From NCBI RefSeq assembly GCF_006345805.1, contig NC_043014.1, forward strand, positions 12,772,001 to 12,836,000: a stretch of 64,000 nt of DNA, given 5' to 3'. Shown here piece by piece: positions 10,676 to 22,209 of the stretch (positions are counted from its first letter, which is position 1; each line of letters begins with the position of its first letter). The notes beneath the pieces were generated by a model. That model saw nothing but the letters and a program-made list of their open reading frames with translations. It searched no databases and was not told the origin of the DNA. The stretch is from Octopus sinensis (taxonomy: Eukaryota). Position numbers and translations under genes: made by a program.

Positions 10676-12589
10676 CTGTCTCTCTGTCTGTCTCTCTCTC
10701 TCTGCCTCTGTCTCTCTCTCTCTGCTTCTGTCTCTCTCTCTCTCTCTCTCTCTGCTTCTGTCTCTCTCTCTCTCTCTCTAAATATATATATATACACATC
10801 GAGCTTCTCTCAGTTTCCATCAACAAAATCCACTCACAAGGCTTTAGTTGGTCTCTGAGGCTAAAGCAAAAGACACTTGCCCAAGGTGCCATGCAGTGGG
10901 ACTGAACCTGGAACCATGTGGCTGGTAAGCAAGCTACTTACCACACAGCCACTTGTGTATATGTAATAAATGAAAAAGGCATAATGTATATTGAGTGCAC
11001 AAACTGGCAGATGACAAACATAGGTCCCTAATTCTTCATCAGTTACCAACCAGATGGTATTACTCAGTTTTGCACCATATATATGTATCTACATGTGTCT
11101 GTCTTTGTACTCTCATCATCACTTGACAACCAGTGTTGGTTTGTTTATGTCCCTGTAACTTAGCAGTTCTGCAAAAGAGACCGATAGAATAAGTACCAGG
11201 CTTTCAAAGAATAAGTCCTGGGGTCAATTTGTTTGGTTAAAATCCTCCAACGTGGTGCTCCAGCATGGCCGCAGTCAAATGACTGAAACAAATGAAAGAA
11301 TAAAAGAATAGTTTGAATTGTGGATTGGATACCTGAAGTACGTTTCTGTTTACTCTTTTACTTTTTACTTGTTTCAGTCATTTGACTGTGGCCATGCTGG
11401 AGCACCACCTCCAATTGAGCAAATCAACCCCAGGACTTATTCTTTGTAAGCCTAGTACTTATTCTATCAGTCTCTTTTGCTGAACCTATTTCTTTATTAC
11501 CCACAAGGGGCTAAACACAGAGGGGACAAACAAGGACAGACATAGGTATTAAGTCGATTACATCGACCCCAATGCGTAACTGGTACTTAATTTATCGACC
11601 CCGAAAGGATGAAAGGCAAAGTCGACCTCGGCGGAATTTGAACTCACAACGTAACGCAGATGAAATACCGCTAAGCATTTCGCCCGGCGTGCTAACGTTA
11701 CACACCAGCATCGGTTGTCAAGCAATGTTGGGGGTGGGGACTAACACAGACACACACGCACATATATATACATATATACGACGGGCTTCTTTCAGTTTCC
11801 ACCTACCAAATCCAATCACAAGGCTTTGATCAGCCCGAGGCTATAGTAGAAGACACTTGTCCAAGGTGCCACGCAGTAGGACTGAACCCGGAACCAAGCT
11901 ACTTGCCACACTGCCACTCCTACGCCTATGGAAATAAAAACTTAGAAATAAAACCTAATGATAATGCTAAGGACACAGAGATGACAATGATGATTATAAG
12001 GTGGGAAAAGCACTCAGTCCACTCTGTGGGGTGGTTGGTGTTAGGAAGGGCATCCAGCCATAAAAACCCTGCCAAGATACACACACACAAGTCTAGTGCA
12101 GCCTTCTGCAGGCCGGCTCCTGTCAAACCATCCAACTTATGTCAGCATGGAAAGTGAATGTTAAACGATGATGATGATGATGATGATGTTGCTGCTGCTG
12201 CTGCTGCTGCTGTTGTTGTTGTTGTTGTTGTTGTTGTTAAGCAACAAGACAGGTAAGGGTGATTAGATGATGGTCTAGGGCTTAGGGGTGGGAGACCCCA
12301 GACCTTGGAAAAAAAAAAAACTTTGGTCGTCTTGTTGTAGTCAAGGGCTCTTCGTTGATGCCCGACACCACTGGGAGATGGCCCTCGAAGTCGCTGGAAA
12401 TGGAGATCTCCAGGTCCAAATTCTTGTATGGCTGCTGCTGCTGCTGCTGATGATGATGATGATGGTGATGATGTATAATTCCCCATGACCTCCATCACTA
12501 AAAAGATAAAAGAAAAAAATAATAAATTACAACTTCGTGGTTCAGCAAAAAGAGACTGATAAAATAAGTACCAAGCTTTAGAAAAATAA

Positions 12590-13440
12590 GTTAGTTAGTT
12601 AGTTAGTTAATTTGGCTCAAAAGCAAATAGCAAGGCCATGTAGGGGGACATGGAGTTAAGTACAGGGTGGTGTTCATGTAAAGAGTTCAGGCCACTTGAG
12701 GTCAAGAGAGGCTTTGAACAAAGCGGTCGTCGGCATCTTCACCATCTCATCTGGCAGCTTGTTCCACGGATCCGCAACCCGGACGGAGAAAGCTCCTCTC
12801 CTTCGATTGAGATGAAATCGTTGCAGGTAGAGCTTTTCGGAATGACCCCGCAACCGACGCTCTGGAGCAGGAGTGAAGAACAGCTCTTTCGAGAGGTTAC
12901 ACTTTCCGCTTATGATGTTGTGAGCGAGAATGAGATCACCACGGCGGCGGCGTTTTTCTAGAGAATAAAGGTCGAGCGTCCTCAGCCTTTCTTCATAAGA
13001 CAATTTTTGAGACCATGAACCATGCGGGTAGCCAGCTTCTGGACTCTTTCGAGATGCTGTATGTCTTTGAGGAGATAAGGAGAAGAGGCTTGAATCCCGT
13101 ACTCCAATATGGTCTCACCAGCGTGACATAGAGTGGTAGGAATATGGCTGCTGTGAGCATTCCGAATGACCGTCGAATCAAGAACAGAATTCCGCGTGCT
13201 TTGTTGGCAGCATGGACGCACTGGGCCAAAGGCGAAAAGGAGGAATCCACCAAGATACCCAGGTCCTTTACCTGATCGGTCCTTTACCTGATCGGTCCTT
13301 TACCTGATTGGTCCTCTCCAGCAGCAGACGACCTGGCTCGAAATCAAGTTGAGTTGCAGGAGGAGAGCCAACAGGCAGATGACAGCACTTTGACACATTC
13401 AGACACAGGTCCCATTCGTTAGACCACCTCCAAGTATTGA
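12590..13440 (-). mobile_element. 5'-truncated CR1 LINE (ORF2 C-terminus, 3' UTR, (CTAA)n tail)
   Basis: W.L.LNVSKC.HL..G...; VDSSFSP..QC..AANKA.GIL.LIRRSF...LY.TLVRP(I)LEYG....SPYL.KDI..LERVQK.ATRMV; SYEERL..L.LYSLEKRR.RGDLI...RGHS.KL....FSVRV...WNKLP. The tail appears as ttagttagttag at 12591-12608. Confidence 0.9.
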
Positions 13441-13870
13441 GATCAATACATTTGACCAAAAAAAAAACACAAAAACATCTTCGAGGTGGTGCCCCAACAT
13501 GGCCACAGTCTAATGACTGAAACCAGTAAAAGATAAAAGATAGACCAACTTGCAGCCATAAAGCAACAACAAAACTGGAAAAAAAAAAAAGAATTATGGT
13601 GGTGCTCCAGCATGGCCACAGTTGTATCATTGAAAGCATTAAAAGAAAATCTTTAAAATAGCAGAGAAAAAGAAATAACTTGAGGATTTATTTCATATTT
13701 CTCAAAATCTAGGTGTGGCTTTGTGGTAAGAGGCTTGCTCCCCAACCACATGGTTCCAGGTTCAGTCCCACTGCGTGGCATATTGGGCAAGTGTCTTCTA
13801 CTATAGCCTTGGGCTGACCAAAGCCTTGTGAGTGGATTTGGTAGACGGAAACTGAAAGAAGCCCATCGTA

Positions 13871-13907
<37 letters not shown>

Positions 13908-13972
13908 GAGTGTGTACCGTTGGCGATTTTTTTTCCTCTGTCTTCCCTTCTCTGGATCTTTCCTTCTCCTAT

Positions 13973-14007
13973 GTTTCCGACGAAGAGCACCGCTCGAAAC
14001 GTGAAAC
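13973..14007 (+). ncRNA. Minimal hammerhead-like motif, probably inactive (U4C core, GUG triplet), in a ~195-bp element between (TA)n tracts
   Basis: gttt-CCGACGA-A-GAGC-acc-GCTC-GAAAC-GTG-aaac. Confidence 0.55.
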
Positions 14008-14093
14008 CCTCCTTCTTTCCTGAGCGTCCAATAATACTATATTTGTTCCACGTCCTCGCGTTGTTGTGTTTTTTTGTGCTTTCTTGTTTGGAT

Positions 14094-14128
<35 letters not shown>

Positions 14129-14136
<8 letters not shown>

Positions 14137-14753
14137 GTTGTATACTGTCAATCTAACAAGAACGTGACAGTAGGGGGTACACCACTGCTGTATAGCACTA
14201 GGAAGCATCGAACGCCTCCTGATGGCTTTGACACATTTTTCCCTGTGTCCTTATATACATGCTTCCTAGGGCTATACAGTGGTGGTGTACCCCCTACTGT
14301 CACGTTCTTGTTAGATTGACAGTATACAACCATTCTATCGCCCCACCACCATACATGTCTCTACGAGAGATTTAGAAATTCAATATTTCTTATTTTGATA
14401 ATCAGTGAATAGACTTCACTGAGTTATAGATATATACAATTACGAAGTCGAGACAAATATCACCAGCTGACCGGTGTCTGCTACTCTAGGCCGATGAAGG
14501 ACAACAATCCTGAAACACGTGTCCCTAGATGCAGCTTCGGCGGCCGGGGGTGTTTGTCTCCCCTTCGTATATGTATATAAGGACACAGGGAAAAATGTGT
14601 CAAAGCCATCAGGAGGTGTTCGATGCTTCCTAGGGCTATACAGTGGTGGTGTACCCCCTACTGTCACGTTCTTGTTAGATTGACAGTATACAACCATTCT
14701 ATCGCCCCACCACGTACATGTCTCTACGAGAGATTTAGAAATTCAATATTTCT

Positions 14754-14756
<3 letters not shown>
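14129..14756 (+). mobile_element. Non-autonomous Penelope-like element: 132-bp inverted 5' segment plus 1.4 tandem copies of a 364-bp unit
   Basis: 14129-14260 is the reverse complement of 14571-14702 (4 mismatches). 14259-14393 is a direct repeat of 14623-14756. (TA)n on both sides, HHR inside, no ORF. Confidence 0.75.
14485..14529 (+). ncRNA. Minimal type I hammerhead ribozyme (U4C variant)
   Basis: tctagg-CCGATGA-AGGA-caacaa-TCCT-GAAAC-ACGT-GTC-cctaga. Stem I is 6 perfect bp, stem II 4 bp, stem III palindrome ACACGTGT, GUC at 14521-14523. Confidence 0.75.
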
Positions 14757-14785
<29 letters not shown>

Positions 14786-15399
14786 TGTGTGTGTGTGTGT
14801 GTGTCAGTGTTTGTCCCTCCCCCCATCACTGCTTGACAACCAGTGTTGGTGTGTTTACATCGCAGTGACTTAGTGGTTCAACAAAATTGGTTGATAGAAT
14901 AATTACTAGGCTTCAAAGTCCTGGAGTTTGATATGTTGGATTAAAACCTCCTTGAGACACTGCTCCAGCATGGCCATGGTCAAATGACTGAAACAAGTAA
15001 AAGAATGAAAGTATAAAGAATATGTTGTTGTTACTGCTGCTGCTGCTGTTATTGTTGTTGTTGTTGTTGATGATGATGATGTTCTTCTTCTCTTCTTCTT
15101 CTTCTTCTTATTATTATTATTCTTCTTCTTCTTCTTCTTCTTCTTCTTCTTCTTCTTCTTGTTATGACTAAATGGACATTTATAAAACTTGACAATGGCC
15201 AAACATCAATATTTATTTCCTGTTGTTAATCACCTGCAGCATTTTGGATTCAAAAGTTGATTCACATCATCACAACAGTCATCTTGAACCTGTCCTGTGT
15301 GCTATCTTCCCATTTTGAATTCAATACAAAGAAAAGAAAAGAAAGAAAGAAAGCTTCAATCAAAGCACAGCTCAGCACAGAAACACACAATCCAGCTCT

Positions 15400-16357
15400 C
15401 TTTTCTCTTCATTAGACATCTTGCTTTCTTTCTTTCTTTTTTTTTCTATCTCTCTCTTTCTTTCTCTCTCTCTTTCTCCCTTTCTCTCTCTCTCACACTT
15501 TCTTACTGTCCTTTCTTTTTTCTTTCTATTGTTCTTTCTCCCTCAGTCTCTCTCTTTTTTCTATCTTCCTCTCTCTCTCTTTTTTCTTTTCTCTCTCACT
15601 CTTTCTTTCTCTCTCTCTCTCTCTTTTCTTTTCTCTCTCACTCTTTCTTTCTCTCTCTCTCTCTCACTTTCTAACTATCTCCATTTTTTCTTTTCTTTCT
15701 CTCTCTCTCTGACTCTTTCTTACTGTCTTTTTTCTTTCTATTTTTCTTTCTCCTCCAGTCTTTTTCTCTCTCTCTCTTTCTTCCTTTCTCTCTCACTCTT
15801 TCTTTCTTTCTCTTTCTCCCACTTTCTAACTATCTTCTTTTTCTTATTTTCTTTCTCTCTCTCTCTCTTTCTTACTGTCCTTTCTTTTTTCTTTCTATTT
15901 TTCTTTCTCCCCCAGTCTTTCTCTTTTATCTTCCTTCCTCTCTCCCCCTCTCTCTCTCTCTCTTTCTTCCTTTCTCTCTCACTCTTTCTTACTGACTGTT
16001 CTTTTTTCTTTCTTTCTGTCTTCCTTCCTTTCTCTCTTTCTCTTTCTCTCTCACACTTTCTATCTCCTTTTTCTTCTTTTCTTTCTCTCTCTCTTTCTCT
16101 CTCACTCTTTCTTACTGTCCTTTCTGTTTTCTTTCTCCCTCAGTCTTTCTCTTTTTTCTTTCTTTCTCTTTCTTCCTTTCTCTCTCTCTCTCTTTCTCAC
16201 ACTTTCTATCTCCTTTTTTCTTCTTTTCTTTCTCACTCTTTCTTACTGTCCTTTCTTTTTTCTTTCTATTTTCTTTCTCCTTCAGTCTTTCTCTTTTTTC
16301 TTTCTTCCTCTTTCTCTCTCTCACTTTCTTTCTTTTTTGTTCCTTTCTTTCTTTCTG

Positions 16358-16400
<43 letters not shown>
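15400..16400. repeat. ~1-kb polypyrimidine (CT/CTTT) low-complexity tract with the recurring sub-unit cttactgtcctttc
   Basis: Almost exclusively C/T on the + strand, with degenerate higher-order repeats. Confidence 0.9.
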
Positions 16401-16404
<4 letters not shown>

Positions 16405-16940
16405 GCCTCCCATAAACAACCAAACCACTCTTTTAAAAGACTCCTCTCCATCAATGGTCACTATGATTGGTCACTCATTGGACCCAAGTGGTTTACCTTT
16501 TTGTTTTGATTGGTCAGTCAATTGTTCCATGTTTTGGAGGTTGGGCAGTGGAAGCTGTTTCATTGGTTCTAAATACCCCAACATCTGCATCAAAACCAAA
16601 TTTTTATATCAATTTGTTTACACTTATTTAAAACAAACAACACATACCACACACACATACACAAATACAAACATAAACACAAACACACACACATGTGACA
16701 TACTGCGCTGGCAGAGGACAAGACAGTTTATTTGGAGGGCTTTCTGTAGCAAACATCTATAAAAAATAAGTGTGGACAATTTTGAGAAAAAATAATTAAT
16801 AATAATAATAATAATAATAGTAATTGACAACTTAACGTCACAAACAACAACAGCAACAGAAATAAATAAGAAATTATTTTATTTCTCTTAAAACAACTAT
16901 TATTATTATTATTATTCTTATTATTATTATTATCAACATC

Positions 16941-16974
<34 letters not shown>

Positions 16975-17681
16975 CTATTGAGTGAGAGAGCAACTCATGC
17001 CATCAAAGAGACACTAGGGTATAAATATTGTTATCATCATCATCATCATCATCATTTGCTACAACACAGAACCTGACCATAAATATTTGTTTTATTACTG
17101 CTACCACTGAAATAAGAATTTCATCACTCAAGTGAGAAGAAAACTATTTTTTACAGAAAGCAGATAACAGGCATTTACAGAAATTTGTAAGTATAAAAAT
17201 AATGCTTTTTGATGTCTAAATTATCCTATTCATTATTTTGTTATTGTTGTTGTTTTTATTACCTATGCTAATGACTTGCAGCATTTAGTTATATGTTTTT
17301 ATATGTGTGTTCAAATCTCACTGAGGTTCATTTTTACCTTTCATTCTTTAAGGGTTGATAAAATGAAGTGCTAGTTTCTATAGGATGTCTTAGCAGTGTT
17401 ATAAGCCCCCCAGAAAATCAATATACAGAGCCCTAAAGTATTTATTTATTAACAGCATTTTGCGACATACATAGATCACAAATTCAGCCCCATAGATCTG
17501 AAGGGCCCAGTTTGAAGGGCCCAGTTCAACTAGGTGTGCTTGCACCTTTTTGTTTACCCTAAGAAATTTTCTCCATGACAAAATACAGCAAATGGCCTTC
17601 TTAAGGGTTTGAAGCATATTTGAACTAGTAACAAGTTTATATTTATGCATAACTGTTCAATGCTTCAGTTTCATATTTTAA

Positions 17682-17901
17682 CCCTTTCGTTACTGTATTT
17701 ATTTTGAGATGTTCTGTGTTTCTTTCAATTATTTTAAATATAGCAAAGAATTTAGTAAAATAACTTAGTTATTATTAAGCTAGTGCTAGGAATGTAAATT
17801 GTGACTAAAGCTTGGTGGAATATTTTAATTCAAAACTTATGAAAACAAGACATTTTACCACATAGCCAGAGCAGGTTTTGGCCGGGTTAGTAACAAAAGG
17901 G
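17682..17901. mobile_element. piggyBac-type MITE (TTAA-CCCTTT...AAAGGG-TTAA); a second piggyBac-type end starts at 17906, sharing the TTAA
   Basis: ttaa|ccctttcgttac ... gtaacaaaaggg|ttaa|ccctttag. Partial relatives at about 44200-44340 and 47170-47300. Confidence 0.8.
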
Positions 17902-19514
17902 TTAACCCTTTAGTATGCAGATTATTCTGTCAAATGTATTGCTTATTTATTCACATTCTTTTGAATTTGTCATGGGCGGTCCTTCGTTTTAACTCAACAA
18001 AACCATAACAAGACCTCGGGTGTTTCTGTGACCTCCGAAAATTTGCGGATTTTACATACACACATGAAGCGGGTAAGAACAAATATGCAATAGAAAAAAG
18101 GGGGCATTGGGAGGAAGGCAGTGAATTGGGGGAAGCTATGAATTTATTATAATATTATTATAGTATTATATACAAATTATATAATATTATATTAAATATC
18201 AAATGATTCATAGTATATATAAATTAGTAAAATATAAAATATTTATTTACACATGAATATAGGGGTGGGTGGCGCTGAGGGTATTATGTGGCCATGAGGT
18301 GGGTGGAGGCCCAAAAAGTTTGAGAACCTATGCTCTGGAGGCAGAGATAATTTTTATAAACCGAGGAATTATATTGTGTGGTATTTGATATACCAGAGAT
18401 TTACGATGAGTGAAACCTAGCTGTCCAATCTTTTCTTTCAATGAATATATAAATAAGTAATTTTGAAAATTCAAATTTAATTGATCTGCTTATATTAATT
18501 ATTGAAATCAGAGTGGCTGTGTAGTTAAGAAGTCGCTTCCTGGCCACATGTTTCTGGGTTCATCCCACTGCATAGCAACTTGAGGGGTTTGCTAGATGAA
18601 AACTGAAAATAACCTGTCATGTGTGTGTGTGTGTTGTGTGTGTGTGTGTGTGTGTGCACCTGCGTGTGCATGCATGTGTGTGTATGTTTGTGTTTGTCCC
18701 CACCACCACCATTTGACAACCAGTGTTGGTGTGTTTACATCCCCATAAGCTAGCAGTTCAGCAAAAGGGATCAATAGAATAAGAAAAGTACTGGGGTCAA
18801 TTCAATTGGCTAAAAATTCTCCAAGGTGGTGCCACAGCATGGCTGCAGTATAATGACTAAAACAAGAGGGAAAGGAGTAGTTGCTGTTTAGCCTTGGCTC
18901 CTGGAAATCTATAATTAAAGCTGTTTTAAATGTGATCATTCCATCTTTTGCAGGGATCTTGTTAAAGTTTTTCCATTCATTTCAAGTATTTCAAATTTTC
19001 ACCAGAATTTTCCAAAAAATTTTCAGCACTGTTGTAACTTCTTAATTTCTAGAAAAAAAGTGATTACAGTTTTTATCAGCATAGAAAGCTACATTTTAAA
19101 GAAAAAATAATCTGGAAAACGTCTGACATTCTTCAAGTGGTTAGAACGAATTTAACATGATCCTTTTTCAGACATAATGTATTGTAAGACCTCATTATTC
19201 TATGCATCCTTTAGATATAGTGTATTTCAGGCTATATTATCCAATGTGTCCTTTCATTTTGTTTTGAGGAATTTGTTTACACAACTCTCCCAAATTCTAA
19301 AGTTTTCACTCTTCAATGATTTTTAAAAATTATATTGTGTGATGGTCCAAATTTTTGGTTAAATCTCAGCAATGGGTCCATCAGCATTCCATTAAATGTG
19401 TTTATCAGGAGAAAAATATTGAAAAATATCCATACATATCAGAATGACAAGGAAACAAGAAAGATATCAGACAGTTGTGAGATGTGCTAAAAACAACAGC
19501 TAAATCACCTTTAA

Positions 19515-20274
19515 CCCTTTGGTATTTAAACCAGCTGTTTCTGGCCCAAATATTCTGCTTGTTTTATGTTCAAACTGACCATATTAAACCTCTCACACCT
19601 ACTCTACAATGTCATTCTAAAAATAAGCAACCACATCATCAAAATCTTAAAGTTACAAGATAATAAATAAATAATAAATGCGCCCTTTTTAAAGCCTAGC
19701 CAGGCTCATGGGCCCAGTCTCTCGGTTTCAATGGCGTATGTGTTCCCCAGCTGGATGGGACGCCAGTCCATTGCAGCATTACTCATTTTTGCCAGCTGAG
19801 TGAACTGGAGCAACGTGAAATGAAGTGTTTTGCTCAAGAACGCAATGCATTGCCCGGTCCAGGAATCGAAACCACAATCTTACAATCATGATGCTGATAC
19901 CCTAACCACTAAGCCACGTGCCTCTACTAAAAAAATAAATGCACCCTTTTTAAAGCCTAGCCAGGCTTATGGGCCTGGTTTCCTAGTTTCTATGGAGTAT
20001 GTGTTCTCCAGCTGGACGAGACGCCAGTCCATTGCAGTGTTACTCAATTTTGCCAGCTGAGTGAACTGGAACAATGTGAAATGAAGTGTTTTGCTCAAGA
20101 ACACAACGCATTGCCTGGTCCAGGAATCGAAACCACAATCTTATGATCGTGATGCTGACACCCTAACCACTAAGCCACGCACCTCCACAAAGCTACAAGA
20201 TAATGCATGATTACTTCAAAACAGTGTGAATTAAAAAGCATTAAATTTGATGGAGTACTCTGAATATTAAAGGG
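19515..20274. mobile_element. piggyBac-type MITE interrupted by a dimer of SINE family D (19665-20188, minus strand)
   Basis: TTAA-CCCTTT and AAAGGG-TTAA ends. The inner SINE pair is flanked by the 16-bp duplication aaag(t/c)tacaagataat (19649-19664 and 20189-20204). The same MITE family occurs at 25673-25887 and 54534-54752. Confidence 0.8.
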
Positions 20275-22209
20275 TTAAATCACATAATGAATTTTTTTTC
20301 TTTACATAATCATATGAATTTCCTTGTGTAGAACATAAATTCCCAAATATTTTCGGAAAATTCCAAAAAAAAAATAATTACGAGGGGTTATATGATTTTT
20401 AGATACCTGTATGATGATGGTAGCTTCTTGTAATTAAACCAGATCCTGCCTATTTGATCACTAAAAACAAATCATTTATGCACATTGTTCAGCAAAAAAT
20501 TGCAGAGGCATCTTTATTGAACTACAAGAGGCTACCATCATTACACATGTACCTAAATTCAACAGGGTGGGCATGGCTGGACTATACAGGTGTATGTTTC
20601 TGCATCTTATTTTTGTTATTTGTATGATTTAGCCTGTATGTGTAGTTGTTCATCCTCAGCTAACCTTCATTTAGCAGATCCTATGATCAAAGTTGCCAAG
20701 CTTATGGAAGTCATTTGCCACTTTAGAGGTCCAGTAAACTGCCTCATACCTGATTCTACAGTGACCAGAAGGTTGCCCAATAACAGAATTTTTCGAATGT
20801 CTGACCATCACTATTTAAATTAACATAGCACCTTACAAATCTCATTAATGTTCACTTACAACTCCCAAGACAAGAAGACAGTTACACATACACACACACA
20901 CACACACACACAACATTAGGTGTATGGAGTGGAGTAGGTAAATAAACTTCTGATTGTGTATTATCTGCATTGTGTTATCTATACAAGCTGTATGCATACC
21001 CGAGGCTAACAAACTGCCTGTACCAAGATCGTTTTGGATTTGCACCAGTCTTAATGTTGTGTGTGTGTGTGTGTGTGTATGTATGTCTGCACATATGTGC
21101 CATTTTTCATGCAAATCCACCTAGCCATTTGGCTGTGAACCTCAAGGCAAGAAAGAATACAATGATCGCCCATGTCCAATTTATATTCTAGATTATGTAT
21201 ATATTATTTGGCCCCCAAAAAATGAACATCCCAAAATATAATATATATATATATATATATTTCTCAGGAATGAGAGACCCCCTTCAGTCATGAATGACCA
21301 TGGGATTGCACCTAGAAAGTGACCCTCCCAGGTACAAGTTCAGGCAAGGTTGTTTATGGAAGACCAGCAATCGCCCATGCATACCAGCTTCCCCTCTCCA
21401 CGCCACCAATGTTATCCAAGGGAAAGGCAAAGACTGATACAGGTTGGCACCTGTGATGTCACAACTCATTTCTACAGCTGAGTGAACTGGAGCAATGTGA
21501 AATAAATTATCTTGCTGAAGAACACAATACACAGCCTGGTCCAAGAATCGAACTCACTGTCTCATGATTGTGAGCGTGACACTCTAACCATTGAGCCTAG
21601 CACCTTAAAACACACACACACACATATATATAGGAGGTGGTGTGGCTGTGTGGTAAGAAGTTTGCTTCCCAGCTACATGGTCTCAGGTTCAGTCTGAACC
21701 CAGAACCATATGTTTGTAAAGCAAACCTCTTATTTCTTTATTGCCCACAAGGGGCTAAATATAGAGGGGACAAACAAGGACAGACAAAGGGATTAAGTCG
21801 ATTACATCAACCTCAGTGTGTAACTGGTACTTATTTAATCGACCCCGAAAGGATGAAAGGCTAAGTCGACCTCAGTGGAATTTGATCTCAGAACAGATGA
21901 AATACCACTAAGCATTTTGCCTGGCATGCTAACGTTTCTGCCAGCTTGCCACCTCTTACCTCACAACCATACCTTCACCTAAATTAATGTTACAAAATAT
22001 TTATAAAATACAAGTTATTATAACAGAATGTATGTTTTGAATTAGCCCCAATGACATTCTCATGTTGCAATTGTTAATTCTTTATCAAATTTACTTTATA
22101 TTTTTCTAATTCAAAATTTTTAAAAATTTATACTTTTATTAATTTTTTGTTTTTATTTTTATTTTTTATTTTTTGAAACCAATTACAACACCAAATGTAG
22201 CCAACTTGA

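Noticed and set aside
15421-16509. 362-aa ORF (and the antisense Lys/Glu/Arg-rich ORFs)
   Set aside because: Artefact of a stop-free CT-rich tract.
20590-20823. Upstream coding exon of the exon A transcript
   Set aside because: No consensus donor, and exon A has an in-frame stop just before its ATG.
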